A stretch of DNA of 64,000 bases, from the NCBI GenBank assembly GCA_964016885.1, contig CAXHJY010000928.1, forward strand, positions 620,001 through 684,000. Direction: 5' to 3'. Shown one piece after another: positions 13,701 to 30,000 of this stretch. The stretch is from Eledone cirrhosa (taxonomy: Eukaryota). Numbering within the stretch: the stretch's first letter is position 1; the number at the start of each line of letters is the position of its first letter. Both the position numbers and the translations under genes were made by a program. The notes beneath the pieces were generated by a model. It was not told the DNA's origin and made no database searches. It worked only from the letters and a program-made list of their open reading frames with translations.

Positions 13701-16700
13701 TGATGTTATGAGAGACACAAGAGACAACACTTACTACACTGTCATCATTGTGTTAGTGATGTTATGAGAGGGACATGAGACAACACTTACTACACTGTCA
13801 TCATTGTGTTAGTGATGTTATGAGAGACACAAGAGACAACACTTACTACGCTGTCATCATTGTGTTAGTGATGTTATGAGAGAGACATGAGACTACACTT
13901 ACTACACTGTCATCATTGTGTTAGTGATGTTATGAGAGAGACATGAGACTACACTTACTACACTGTCATCATTGTTAGTGATGTTATGAGAGAGACATGA
14001 GACAACACTTACTACACTGTCATCATTGTGTTAGTGATGTTATGAGAGAGACAAGAGACTACACTTACTACACTGTCATCATTGTGTTAGTGGTGTTATG
14101 AGATAGACATGAGACAACACTTACTACACTGTCATCATTGTGTTAGTGATGTTATGAGAGACACAAGAGACAACACTTACTACACTGTCATCATTGTGTT
14201 AGTGGTGTTATGAGAGAGACATGAGACAACACTTACTACACTGTCATCATTGTGTTAGTGATGTTATGAGAGAGACATGAGACAACACTTACTACACTGT
14301 CATCATTGTGTTAGTGATGTTATGAGAGAGACATGAGACAACACTTACTACACTGTCATCATTGTATTAGTGGTGTTATGAGAGAGATGTTGACACAGCA
14401 CTTACTACACTGTTAGCATTGTGTTAGTGATGTTATGAGAGAGACATGAGACAACACTTACTACACTGTCATCATTGTGTTAGTGATGTTATGAGAGAGA
14501 CATGAGACAACACTTACTACACTGTCATCATTGTGTTAGTGATGTTATGAGAGAGACATGAGACAACACTTACTACACTGTCATCATTGTGTTAGTGATG
14601 TTATGAGAGACACAAGAGACAACACTTACTACACTGTCATCATTGTGTTAGTGATGTTTTGAGAGAGACATGAGACAACACTTACTACACTGTCATCATT
14701 GTGTTAGCGATGTTATAAGAGAGACATTAGACAACACTTACTACACTGTCATCATTGTGTTAGTGATGTTATGAGAGAGACATGAGACAACACTTACTAC
14801 ACTGTCATCATTGTGTTAGTGATGTTATGAGAGAGACATGAGACAACACTTACTACACTGTCATCATTGTATTAGTGATGTTATGAGAGAGACAAGAGAC
14901 AACACTTACTACACTGTCATCATTGTGTTAGTGTTGTTATGAGAGAGATGTTGAGACAGCACTTACTACACTGTCATCATTGTATTAGTGGTGTTATGAG
15001 AGAGACATGAGACAACACTTACTACACTGTCATCATTGTGTTAGTGATGTTATGAGAGAGACATGAGACAACACTTACTACGCTGTCATCATTGTATTAG
15101 TGGTGTTATGAGAGAGACATGAGACAACACTTACTACACTGTCATCATTGTGTTAGTGATGTTATGAGAGAGACATGAGACAGCACTTACTACACTGTCA
15201 TCATTGTGTTAGTGATGTTATGACAGACACAAGAGACAACACTTACTACGCTGTCATCATCGTGTTAGTGATGTTATGAGACAACACTTACTACACTGTC
15301 ATCATTGTGTTAGTGATGTTATGAGAGAGACATGAGACAACACTTACTACACTGTCATCATTGTGTTAGTGATGTTATGAGAGACACAAGAGACAACACT
15401 TACTACACTGTCATCAATGTTAGTGATGTTATGAGAGACACAAGAGACAACACTTACTACACTGTCATCATTGTGTTAGTGATGTTATGAGAGAGACACG
15501 AGACAACACTTACTACACTGTCATCATTGTGTTAGTGATGTTATGAGAGAGACAAGAGACAACACTTACTATACTGTCATCATTGTGTTAGTGTTGTTAT
15601 GAGAGAGATGTTGAGACAGCACTTACTACACTGTCATCATTGTATTAGTGGTGTTATGCGAGAGACATGAGACAACACTTACTACACTGTCATCATTGTG
15701 TTAGTGATGTTATGAGAGAGACATGAGTCAACACTTACTACACTGTCATCATTGTGTTAGTGATGTTATGAGAGACACAAGAGACAACACTTACTACACT
15801 GTCATCATTGTTAGTGATGTTATGAGAGACACAAGAGACAACACTTACTACACTGTCATCATTGTGTTAGTGATGTTATGAGAGAGACATGAGACAACAC
15901 TTACTACACTGTCATCATTGTGTTAGTGATGTTATGAGATAGACATGAGGCAACACTAACTACACTGTCATCATTGTATTAGTGATGTTATGAGAGAGAC
16001 AAGAGACAACACTTACTACACTGTCATCATTGTATTAGTGGTGTTATGAGAGAGATGTTGAGACAGCACTTACTACACTGTTAGCATTGTGTTAGTGATG
16101 TTATGAGAGAGACATGAGACAACACTTACTACACTGTCATCATTGTGTTAGTGATGTTATGAGAGAGACATGAGACAACACTTACTACACTGTCATCATT
16201 GTGTTAGTGATGTTATGAGAGAGACATGAGACAACACTTACTACACTGTCATCATTGTGTTAGTGATGTTATGAGAGAGACATGAGACAACACTTACTAC
16301 ACTGTCATCATTGTATTAGTGATGTTATGAGAGAGACAAGAGACAACACTTACTACACTGTCATCATTGTATTAGTGTTGTTATGAGAGAGATGTTGAGA
16401 CAGCACTTACTACACTGTCATCATTGTATTGGTGGTGTTATGAGAGAGACATGAGACAACACTTATTATACTGTCATCATTGTGTTAGTGATGTTATGAG
16501 AGACACAAGAGACAACACTTACTACACTGTCATCAATGTTAGTGATGTTATGAGAGACACAAGAGACAACACTTACTACACTGTCATCATTGTGTTAGTG
16601 ATGTTATGAGAGAGACATGAGACAACACTTACTACACTGTCATCATTGTGTTAGTGATGTTATGAGATAGACATGAGGCAACACTTACTACACTGTCATC

Positions 16701-19700
16701 ATTGTATTAGTGATGTTATGAGAGAGACAAGAGACAACACTTACTACACTGTCATCATTGTATTAGTGGTGTTATGAGAGAGACATGAGACAACACTTAC
16801 TACACTGTCATCATTGTGTTAGTGATGTTATGAGAGAGACATGAGACAGCACTTACTACACTGTCATCATTGTGTTAGTGATGTTATGAGAGAGATGTTG
16901 AGACAGCACTTACTACACTGTCATTGTATTAGTGGTGTTATGAGAGAGACATGAGGCAACACTTACTACACTGTCATCATTGTATTAGTGGTGTTATGAG
17001 AGAGACATGAGACAACACTTACTACACTGCCATCATTATGTTAGTGATGTTATGAGAGAGACATGAGACAACACTTACTACACTGTCATCATTGTATTAG
17101 TGATGTTATGAGAGAGACAAGAGACACCACTTCCTACACTGTCATCATTGTTAGTGATGTTATGAGAGACACAAGAGACAACACTTACTACACTGTCATC
17201 ATTGTGTTAGTGATGTTATGAGAGAGACATGAGACAACACTTACTACACTGTCATCATTATGTTAGTGATGTCATGAGAGAGACATGAGACAACACTTAC
17301 TACACTGTCATCATTGTATTAGTGATGTTATGAGAGAGACAAGAGACACCACTTACTACACTGTCATCATTGTTAGTGATGTTATGAGAGACACAAGAGA
17401 CAACACTTACTACACTGTCATCATTGTGTTAGTGATGTTATGAGAGAGACATGAGACAACACTTACTACACTGTCATCATTATGTTAGTGATGTCATGAG
17501 AGAGACATGAGACAACACTTACTACACTGTCATCATTGTATTAGTGGTGTTATGAGAGTGACATGAGACAACACTTACTACACTGTCATCATTGTATTAG
17601 TGATGTTATGAGAGAGACATGAGACAGCACTTACTACACTGTCATCATTGTATTAGTGGTGTTTATGAGAGAGACATGAGACAACACTTACTATACTGTC
17701 ATCATTGTGTTAGTGATGTTATGAGAGACACAAGAGACAACACTTACTACGCTGTCATCATTGTGTTAGTGATGTTATGAGAGAGACATGAGACTACACT
17801 TACTACACTGTCATCATTGTGTTAGTGATGTTATGAGAGACACAAGAGACAACACTTACTACGCTGTCATCATTGTGTTAGTGATGTTATGAGAGAGACA
17901 TGAGACTACACTTACTACTCTGTCATCATTGTGTTAGTGATGTTATGTGAGACACAAGAGACTACACTTACTACACTGTCATCATTGTATTAGTGATGTT
18001 ATGAGAGACACAAGAGACAACACTTACTACACTGTCATCATTATGTTAGTGATGTTATGAGAGAGACATGAGACAACACTTACTACATTGTCATCATTGT
18101 GTTAGTGATGTTATGAGAGACACAAGAGACAACACTTACTACGCTGTCATCATTGTGTTAGTGATGTTATGAGAGAGACATGAGACTACACTTACTACAC
18201 TGTCATCATTTTGTTAGTGATGTTATGAGAGAGACATGAGACAACACTTACTACACTGTCATCATTGTGTTAGTGATGTTATGAGAGAGACATGAGACAA
18301 CACTGACTACACTGTCATCATTGTGTTAGTGATGTTATGAGAGACACAAGAGACAACACTTACTACACTGTCATCATTGTGTTAGTGATGTTATGAGAGA
18401 GACATGAGACAACACTTACTACACTGTCATCATTGTGTTAGTGATGTTATGAGAGACACAAGAGACAACACTTACTACACTGTCATCATTGTGTTAGTGA
18501 TGTTATGAGAGGGACATGAGACAACACTTACTACACTGTCATCATTGTGTTAGTGATGTTATGAGAGACACAAGAGACAACACTTACTACGCTGTCATCA
18601 TTGTGTTAGTGATGTTATGAGAGAGACATGAGACTACACTTACTACACTGTCATCATTGTGTTAGTGATGTTATGAGAGAGACATGAGACTACACTTACT
18701 ACACTGTCATCATTGTTAGTGATGTTATGAGAGAGACATGAGACAACACTTACTACACTGTCATCATTGTGTTAGTGATGTTATGAGAGAGACAAGAGAC
18801 TACACTTACTACACTGTCATCATTGTGTTAGTGGTGTTATGAGATAGACATGAGACAACACTTACTACACTGTCATCATTGTGTTAGTGATGTTATGAGA
18901 GACACAAGAGACAACACTTACTACACTGTCATCATTGTGTTAGTGGTGTTATGAGAGAGACATGAGACAACACTTACTACACTGTCATCATTGTGTTAGT
19001 GATGTTATGAGAGAGACATGAGACAACACTTACTACACTGTCATCATTGTGTTAGTGATGTTATGAGAGAGACATGAGACAACACTTACTACACTGTCAT
19101 CATTGTATTAGTGGTGTTATGAGAGAGATGTTGACACAGCACTTACTACACTGTTAGCATTGTGTTAGTGATGTTATGAGAGAGACATGAGACAACACTT
19201 ACTACACTGTCATCATTGTGTTAGTGATGTTATGAGAGAGACATGAGACAACACTTACTACACTGTCATCATTGTGTTAGTGATGTTATGAGAGAGACAT
19301 GAGACAACACTTACTACACTGTCATCATTGTGTTAGTGATGTTATGAGAGACACAAGAGACAACACTTACTACACTGTCATCATTGTGTTAGTGATGTTT
19401 TGAGAGAGACATGAGACAACACTTACTACACTGTCATCATTGTGTTAGCGATGTTATAAGAGAGACATTAGACAACACTTACTACACTGTCATCATTGTG
19501 TTAGTGATGTTATGAGAGAGACATGAGACAACACTTACTACACTGTCATCATTGTGTTAGTGATGTTATGAGAGAGACATGAGACAACACTTACTACACT
19601 GTCATCATTGTATTAGTGATGTTATGAGAGAGACAAGAGACAACACTTACTACACTGTCATCATTGTGTTAGTGTTGTTATGAGAGAGATGTTGAGACAG

Positions 19701-20295
19701 CACTTACTACACTGTCATCATTGTATTAGTGGTGTTATGAGAGAGACATGAGACAATACTTACTACACTGTCATCATTGTGTTAGTGATGTTATGAGAGA
19801 GACATGAGACAACACTTACTACGCTGTCATCATTGTATTAGTGGTGTTATGAGAGAGACATGAGACAACACTTACTACACTGTCATCATTGTGTTAGTGA
19901 TGTTATGAGAGAGACATGAGACAGCACTTACTACACTGTCATCATTGTGTTAGTGATGTTATGACAGACACAAGAGACAACACTTACTACGCTGTCATCA
20001 TCGTGTTAGTGATGTTATGAGACAACACTTACTACACTGTCATCATTGTGTTAGTGATGTTATGAGAGAGACATGAGACAACACTTACTACACTGTCATC
20101 ATTGTGTTAGTGATGTTATGAGAGACACAAGAGACAACACTTACTACACTGTCATCAATGTTAGTGATGTTATGAGAGACACAAGAGACAACACTTACTA
20201 CACTGTCATCATTGTGTTAGTGATGTTATGAGAGAGACACGAGACAACACTTACTACACTGTCATCATTGTGTTAGTGATGTTATGAGAGAGACA
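10791..20295. repeat. Tandem duplication, 4741-bp unit (~85 monomers) x2
   Basis: Rare markers are all offset by 4741: ATGCGAGA 10918/15659, GAGAGTGAC 12818/17559, GTGTTTATG 12921/17662, TACTATAC 10831/15572 and GACACGAG 15499/20240. Confidence 0.9.
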
Positions 20296-21099
20296 TGAGA
20301 CTACACTTACTACACTGTCATCATTGTTAGTGATGTTATGAGAGACACAAGAGACAACACTTACTACACTGTCATCATTGTGTTAGTGATGTTATGAGAG
20401 AGACATGAGACTACACTTACTACACTGTCATCATTGTGTTAGTAATGTTATGAGAGACACAAGAAACAACACTTACTACACTGTCATCATTGTGTTAGTG
20501 ATGTTATGAGAGAGATGTTGAGACAGCACTTACTACACTGTCATTGTATTAGTGGTGTTATGAGAGAGACATGAGACAACACTTACTACACTGTCATCAT
20601 TGTATTAGTGGTGTTATGAGAGAGACATGAGACAACACTTACTACACTGTCATCATTGTGTTAGTGATGTTATGAGAGAGACATGAGACAACACTTACTA
20701 CACTGTCATCATTGTATTAGTGATGTTATGAGAGAGACAAGAGACAACACTTACTACACTGTCATCATTGTTAGTGATGTTCTGAGAGACACAAGAGACA
20801 ACACTTACTACACTGTCATCATTGTGTTAGTGATGTTATGAGAGAGACATGAGACAACACTTACTACACTCTCATCATTGTGTTAGTGATGTTATGAGAG
20901 AGACATGAGACAACACTTACTACACTGTCATCATTGTATTAGTGATGTTATGAGAGAGACAAGAGACACCACTTACTACACTGTCATCATTGTTAGTGAT
21001 GTTATGAGAGACACAAGAGACAACACTTACTACACTGTCATCATTGTGTTAGTGATGTTATGAGAGAGACATGAGACAACACTTACTACACTGTCATCA

Positions 21100-24000
21100 T
21101 TGTGTTAGTGATGTTATGAGAGACACAAGAGACAACACTTACTACGCTGTCATCATTGTGTTAGTGATGTTATGAGAGAGACATGAGACAACACTTACTA
21201 CACTGTCATCATTGTGTTGTGATGTTATGAGAGACACAAGAGACAACACTTACTACGCTGTCATCATTGTGTTAGTGATGTTATGAGAGAGACATGAGAC
21301 TACACTTACTACACTGTCATCATTGTGTTAGTGATGTTATGAGAGACACAAGAGACAGCACTTACTACGCTGTCATCATTGTGTTAGTGATGTTATGAGA
21401 GAGACATGAGACTACACTGTCATCATTGTGTTAGTGATGTTATGAGAGACACAAGAGACTACACTTACTACACTGTCATCATTGTGTTAGTGATGTTATG
21501 AGAGACACAAGAGACAACACTTACTACGCTGTCATTGTATTAGTGGTGTTATGAGAGAGACATGAGACAACACTTACTACACTGTCATCATCGTGTTAGT
21601 GATGTTATGAGAGACACAAGAGACAACACTTACTACACTGTCATCATTGTGTTAGTGATGTTTTGAGAGAGACATGAGATAACACTTACTACACTGTCAT
21701 CATTGTGTTAGCGATGTTATAAGAGAGACATGAGACAACACTTACTACACTGTCATCATTGTATTAGTGATGTTATGAGAGAGACAAGAGACAACACTTA
21801 CTACACTGTCATCATTGTGTTAGTGTTGTTATGAGAGAGATGTTGAGACAGCACTTACTACACTGTCATCATTGTATTAGTGGTGTTATGAGAGAGACAT
21901 GAGACAACACTTACTACACTGTCATCATTGTGTTAGTGATGTTATGAGAGAGACATGAGTCAACACTTACTACACTGTCATCATTGTGTTAGTGATGTTA
22001 TGAGAGACACAAGAGACAACACTTACTACACTGTCATCATTGTTAGTGATGTTATGAGAGACACAAGAGACAACACTTACTACACTGTCATCATTGTGTT
22101 AGTGATGTTATGAGAGAGACATGAGGCAACACTTACTACACTGTCATCATTGTATTAGTGATGTTATGAGAGAGACAAGAGACAACACTTACTACACTGT
22201 CATCATTGTATTAGTGGTGTTATGAGAGAGATGTTGAGACAGCACTTACTACACTGTTAGCATTGTGTTAGTGATGTTATGAGAGAGACATGAGACAACA
22301 CTTACTACACTGTCATCATTGTGTTAGTGATGTTATGAGAGAGACATGAGACAACACTTACTACACTGTCATCATTGTGTTAGTGATGTTATGAGAGAGA
22401 CATGAGACAACACTTACTACACTGTCATCATTGTGTTAGTGATGTTATGAGAGAGACATGAGACAACACTTACTACACTGTCATCATTGTATTAGTGATG
22501 TTATGAGAGAGACAAGAGACAAGACTTACTACACTGTCATCATTGTATTAGTGTTGTTATGAGAGAGATGTTGAGACAGCACTTACTACACTGTCATCAT
22601 TGTATTAGTGGTGTTATGAGAGAGACATGAGACAACACTTATTATACTGTCATCATTGTGTTAGTGATGTTATGAGAGACACAAGAGACAACACTTACTA
22701 CACTGTCATCAATGTTAGTGATGTTATGAGAGACACAAGAGACAACACTTACTACACTGTCATCATTGTGTTAGTGATGTTATGAGAGAGACATGAGACA
22801 ACACTTACTACACTGTCATCATTGTGTTAGTGATGTTATGAGATAGACATGAGGCAACACTTACTACACTGTCATCATTGTATTAGTGATGTTATGAGAG
22901 AGACAAGAGACAACACTTACTACACTGTCATCATTGTATTAGTGGTGTTATGAGAGAGATGTTGAGACAGCACTTACTACACTGTTAGCATTGTGTTAGT
23001 GATGTTATGAGAGAGACATGAGACAACACTTACTACACTGTCATCATTGTGTTAGTGATGTTATGAGAGAGACAAGAGACACCACTTACTACACTGTCAT
23101 CATTGTTAGTGATGTTATGAGAGACACAAGAGACAACACTTACTACACTGTCATCATTGTGTTAGTGATGTTATGAGAGAGACATGAGACAACACTTACT
23201 ACACTGTCATCATTATGTTAGTGATGTCATGAGAGAGACATGAGACAACACTTACTACACTGTCATCATTGTATTAGTGATGTTATGAGAGAGACAAGAG
23301 ACACCACTTACTACACTGTCATCATTGTTAGTGATGTTATGAGAGACACAAGAGACAACACTTACTACACTGTCATCATTGTGTTAGTGATGTTATGAGA
23401 GAGACATGAGACAACACTTACTACACTGTCATCATTATGTTAGTAATGTCATGAGAGAGACATGAGACAACACTTACTACACTGTCATCATTGTATTAGT
23501 GGTGTTATGAGAGTGACATGAGACAACACTTACTACACTGTCATCATTGTATTAGTGATGTTATGAGAGAGACATGAGACAGCACTTACTACACTGTCAT
23601 CATTGTATTAGTGGTGTTTATGAGAGAGACAAGAGACAACACTTACTATACTGTCATCATTGTGTTAGTGATGTTATGAGAGACACAAGAGACAACACTT
23701 ACTACGCTGTCATCATTGTGTTAGTGATGTTATGAGAGAGACATGAGACTACACTTACTACACTGTCATCATTGTGTTAGTGATGTTATGAGAGACACAA
23801 GAGACAACACTTACTACGCTGTCATCATTGTGTTAGTGATGTTATGAGAGAGACATGAGACTACACTTACTACTCTGTCATCATTGTGTTAGTGATGTTA
23901 TGTGAGACACAAGAGACTACACTTACTACACTGTCATCATTGTATTAGTGATGTTATGAGAGACACAAGAGACAACACTTACTACACTGTCATCATTATG

Positions 24001-27000
24001 TTAGTGATGTTATGAGAGAGACATGAGACAACACTTACTACATTGTCATCATTGTGTTAGTGATGTTATGAGAGACACAAGAGACAACACTTACTACGCT
24101 GTCATCATTGTGTTAGTGATGTTATGAGAGAGACATGAGACTACACTTACTACACTGTCATCATTTTGTTAGTGATGTTATGAGAGAGACATGAGACAAC
24201 ACTTACTACACTGTCATCATTGTGTTAGTGATGTTATGAGAGAGACATGAGACAACACTGACTACACTGTCATCATTGTGTTAGTGATGTTATGAGAGAC
24301 ACAAGAGACAACACTTACTACACTGTCATCATTGTGTTAGTGATGTTATGAGAGAGACATGAGACAACACTTACTACACTGTCATCATTGTGTTAGTGAT
24401 GTTATGAGAGACACAAGAGACAACACTTACTACACTGTCATCATTGTGTTAGTGATGTTATGAGAGGGACATGAGACAACACTTACTACACTGTCATCAT
24501 TGTGTTAGTGATGTTATGAGAGACACAAGAGACAACACTTACTACGCTGTCATCATTGTGTTAGTGATGTTATGAGAGAGACATGAGACTACACTTACTA
24601 CACTGTCATCATTGTGTTAGTGATGTTATGAGAGAGACATGAGACTACACTTACTACACTGTCATCATTGTTAGTGATGTTATGAGAGAGACATGAGACA
24701 ACACTTACTACACTGTCATCATTGTGTTAGTGATGTTATGAGAGAGACAAGAGACTACACTTACTACACTGTCATCATTGTGTTAGTGGTGTTATGAGAG
24801 AGACATGAGACAACACTTACTACACTGTCATCATTGTGTTAGTGATGTTATGAGAGACACAAGAGACAACACTTACTACACTGTCATCATTGTGTTAGTG
24901 GTGTTATGAGAGAGACATGAGACAACACTTACTACACTGTCATCATTGTGTTAGTGATGTTATGAGAGAGACATGAGACAACACTTACTACACTGTCATC
25001 ATTGTGTTAGTGATGTTATGAGAGAGACATGAGACAACACTTACTACACTGTCATCATTGTATTAGTGGTGTTATGAGAGAGATGTTGAGACAGCACTTA
25101 CTACACTGTTAGCATTGTGTTAGTGATGTTATGAGAGAGACATGAGACAACACTTACTACACTGTCATCATTGTGTTAGTGATGTTATGAGAGAGACATG
25201 AGACAACACTTACTACACTGTCATCATTGTGTTAGTGATGTTATGAGAGAGACATGAGACAACACTTACTACACTGTCATCATTGTGTTAGTGATGTTAT
25301 GAGAGACACAAGAGACAACACTTACTACACTGTCATCATTGTGTTAGTGATGTTTTGAGAGAGACATGAGACAACACTTACTACACTGTCATCATTGTGT
25401 TAGCGATGTTATAAGAGAGACATTAGACAACACTTACTACACTGTCATCATTGTGTTAGTGATGTTATGAGAGAGACATGAGACAACACTTACTACACTG
25501 TCATCATTGTGTTAGTGATGTTATGAGAGAGACATGAGACAACACTTACTACACTGTCATCATTGTATTAGTGATGTTATGAGAGAGACAAGAGACAACA
25601 CTTACTACACTGTCATCATTGTGTTAGTGTTGTTATGAGAGAGATGTTGAGACAGCACTTACTACACTGTCATCATTGTATTAGTGGTGTTATGAGAGAG
25701 ACATGAGACAACACTTACTACACTGTCATCATTGTGTTAGTGATGTTATGAGAGAGACATGAGACAACACTTACTACGCTGTCATCATTGTATTAGTGGT
25801 GTTATGAGAGAGACATGAGACAACACTTACTACACTGTCATCATTGTGTTAGTGATGTTATGAGAGAGACATGAGACAGCACTTACTACACTGTCATCAT
25901 TGTGTTAGTGATGTTATGACAGACACAAGAGACAACACTTACTACGCTGTCATCATCGTGTTAGTGATGTTATGAGACAACACTTACTACACTGTCATCA
26001 TTGTGTTAGTGATGTTATGAGAGAGACATGAGACAACACTTACTACACTGTCATCATTGTGTTAGTGATGTTATGAGAGACACAAGAGACAACACTTACT
26101 ACACTGTCATCATTGTGTTAGTGATGTTTTGAGAGAGACATGAGACAACACTTACTACACTGTCATCATTGTGTTAGCGATGTTATAAGAGAGACATGAG
26201 ACAACACTTACTACACTGTCATCATTGTGTTAGTGATGTTATGAGAGAGACATGAGACAACACTTACTACACTGTCATCATTGTGTTAGTGATGTTATGA
26301 GAGAGACATGAGACAACACTTACTACACTGTCATCATTGTATTAGTGATGTTATGAGAGAGACAAGAGACAACACTTACTACACTGTCATCATTGTATTA
26401 GTGTTGTTATGAGAGAGATGTTGAGACAGCACTTACTACACTGTTAGCATTGTGTTAGTGATGTTATGAGAGAGACATGAGACAACACTTACTACACTGT
26501 CATCATTGTGTTAGTGATGTTATGAGAGAGACATGAGACAACACTTACTACGCTGTCATCATTGTATTAGTGGTGTTATGAGAGAGACATGAGACAACAC
26601 TTACTACACTGTCATCATTGTGTTAGTGATGTTATGAGAGAGACATGAGACAGCACTTACTACACTGTCATCATTGTGTTAGTGATGTTATGAGAGACAC
26701 AAGAGACAACACTTACTACGCTGTCATCATCGTGTTAGTGATGTTATGAGACAACACTTACTACACTGTCATCATTGTGTTAGTGATGTTATGAGAGACA
26801 CAAGAGACAACACTTACTACACTGTCATCATTGTGTTAGTGGTGTTATGAGAGAGACATGAGACAACACTTACTACACTGTCATCATTGTGTTAGTGATG
26901 TTATGAGAGAGACATGAGACAACACTTACTACACTGTCATCATTGTGTTAGTGATGTTATGAGAGAGACATGAGACAACACTTACTACACTGTCATCATT

Positions 27001-30000
27001 GTATTAGTGGTGTTATGAGAGAGATGTTGAGACAGCACTTACTACACTGTTAGCATTGTGTTAGTGATGTTATGAGAGAGACATGAGACAACACTTACTA
27101 CACTGTCATCATTGTGTTAGTGATGTTATGAGAGAGACATGAGACAACACTTACTACACTGTCATCATTGTGTTAGTGATGTTATGAGAGAGACATGAGA
27201 CAACACTTACTACACTGTCATCATTGTGTTAGTGATGTTATGAGAGACACAAGAGACAACACTTACTACACTGTCATCATTGTGTTAGTGATGTTTTGAG
27301 AGAGACATGAGACAACACTTACTACACTGTCATCATTGTGTTAGCGATGTTATAAGAGAGACATTAGACAACACTTACTACACTGTCATCATTGTGTTAG
27401 TGATGTTATGAGAGAGACATGAGACAACACTTACTACACTGTCATCATTGTGTTAGTGATGTTATGAGAGAGACATGAGACAACACTTACTACACTGTCA
27501 TCATTGTATTAGTGATGTTATGAGAGAGACAAGAGACAACACTTACTACACTGTCATCATTGTGTTAGTGTTGTTATGAGAGAGATGTTGAGACAGCACT
27601 TACTACACTGTCATCATTGTATTAGTGGTGTTATGAGAGAGACATGAGACAACACTTACTACACTGTCATCATTGTGTTAGTGATGTTATGAGAGAGACA
27701 TGAGACAACACTTACTACGCTGTCATCATTGTATTAGTGGTGTTATGAGAGAGACATGAGACAACACTTACTACACTGTCATCATTGTGTTAGTGATGTT
27801 ATGAGAGAGACATGAGACAGCACTTACTACACTGTCATCATTGTGTTAGTGATGTTATGACAGACACAAGAGACAACACTTACTACGCTGTCATCATCGT
27901 GTTAGTGATGTTATGAGACAACACTTACTACACTGTCATCATTGTGTTAGTGATGTTATGAGAGAGACATGAGACAACACTTACTACACTGTCATCATTG
28001 TGTTAGTGATGTTATGAGAGACACAAGAGACAACACTTACTACACTGTCATCATTGTGTTAGTGATGTTTTGAGAGAGACATGAGACAACACTTACTACA
28101 CTGTCATCATTGTGTTAGCGATGTTATAAGAGAGACATGAGACAACACTTACTACACTGTCATCATTGTGTTAGTGATGTTATGAGAGAGACATGAGACA
28201 ACACTTACTACACTGTCATCATTGTGTTAGTGATGTTATGAGAGAGACATGAGACAACACTTACTACACTGTCATCATTGTATTAGTGATGTTATGAGAG
28301 AGACAAGAGACAACACTTACTACACTGTCATCATTGTATTAGTGTTGTTATGAGAGAGATGTTGAGACAGCACTTACTACACTGTTAGCATTGTGTTAGT
28401 GATGTTATGAGAGAGACATGAGACAACACTTACTACACTGTCATCATTGTGTTAGTGATGTTATGAGAGAGACATGAGACAACACTTACTACGCTGTCAT
28501 CATTGTATTAGTGGTGTTATGAGAGAGACATGAGACAACACTTACTACACTGTCATCATTGTGTTAGTGATGTTATGAGAGAGACATGAGACAGCACTTA
28601 CTACACTGTCATCATTGTGTTAGTGATGTTATGAGAGACACAAGAGACAACACTTACTACGCTGTCATCATCGTGTTAGTGATGTTATGAGACAACACTT
28701 ACTACACTGTCATCATTGTGTTAGTGATGTTATGAGAGACACAAGAGACAACACTTACTACGCTGTCATCATTGTGTTATTGATGTTATGAGAGAGACAT
28801 GAGACTACACTTACTACATTGTCATCATTGTGTTAGTGATGTTATGAGAGAGACATGAGACAACACTTAATACACTGTCATCATTGTGTTAGTGATGTTA
28901 TGAGAGACACAAGAGACAACACTTACTACACTGTCAGCATTGTGTTAGTGATGTTTTGAGAGACATGATACACTACACTGTCATCATTGTGTTAGCGATG
29001 TTATAAGAGAGACATGAGACAACACTTACTACACTGTCATCATTGTTAGTGATGTTCTGAGAGACACAAGACACAACACTTACTACACTGTCATCATTGT
29101 GTTAGTGATGTTATGAGAGAGACATGAGACAACACTTACTACACTCTCATCATTGTGTTAGTGATGTTATGAGAGAGACATGAGACAACACTTACTACAC
29201 TGTCATCATTGTATTAGTGATGTTATGAGAGAGACAAGAGACACCACTTACTACACTGTCATCATTGTGTTAGTGATGTTTTGAGAGACACAAGAGACAA
29301 CACTTACTACACTGTCATCATTGTGTTAGTGATGTTATGAGAGAGACATGAGACAACACTTACTACACTGTCATCATTGTGTTAGTGATGTTATGAGAGA
29401 GACATGAGACAACACTTACTACACTGTCATCATTGTGATAGTGATGTTATGAGAGAGACACGAGACAACACTTACTACACTGTCATCATTGTGTTAGTGA
29501 TGTTATGAGAGAGACATGAGACTACACTTACTACACTGTCATCATTGTGTTAGTGATGTTATGAGAGACACAAGAGACAACACTTACTACACTGTCATCA
29601 TTGTGTTAGTGATGTTATGAGAGAGATGTTGAGACAGCACTTACTACACTGTCATTGTATTAGTGGTGTTATGAGAGAGACATGAGACAACACTTACTAC
29701 ACTGTCATCATTGTATTAGTGGTGTTATGAGAGAGACATGAGACAACACTTACTACACTGTCATCATTGTTAGTGATGTTCTGAGAGACACAAGAGACAA
29801 CACTTACTACACTGTCATCATTGTGTTAGTGATGTTATGAGAGAGACATGAGACAACACTTACTACACTCTCATCATTGTGTTAGTGATGTTATGAGAGA
29901 GACATGAGACAACACTTACTACACTGTCATCATTGTATTAGTGATGTTATGAGAGAGACAAGAGACAACACTTACTACACTGTCATCATTGTGTTAGTGA

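Noticed and set aside
16424-16609. 61-aa ORF MYWWCYER...
   Set aside because: It begins at a non-ATG (TTG) codon and is opened by a single A>G change at 16431 that is absent from the duplicate copy at 11690. It is a repeat artefact.
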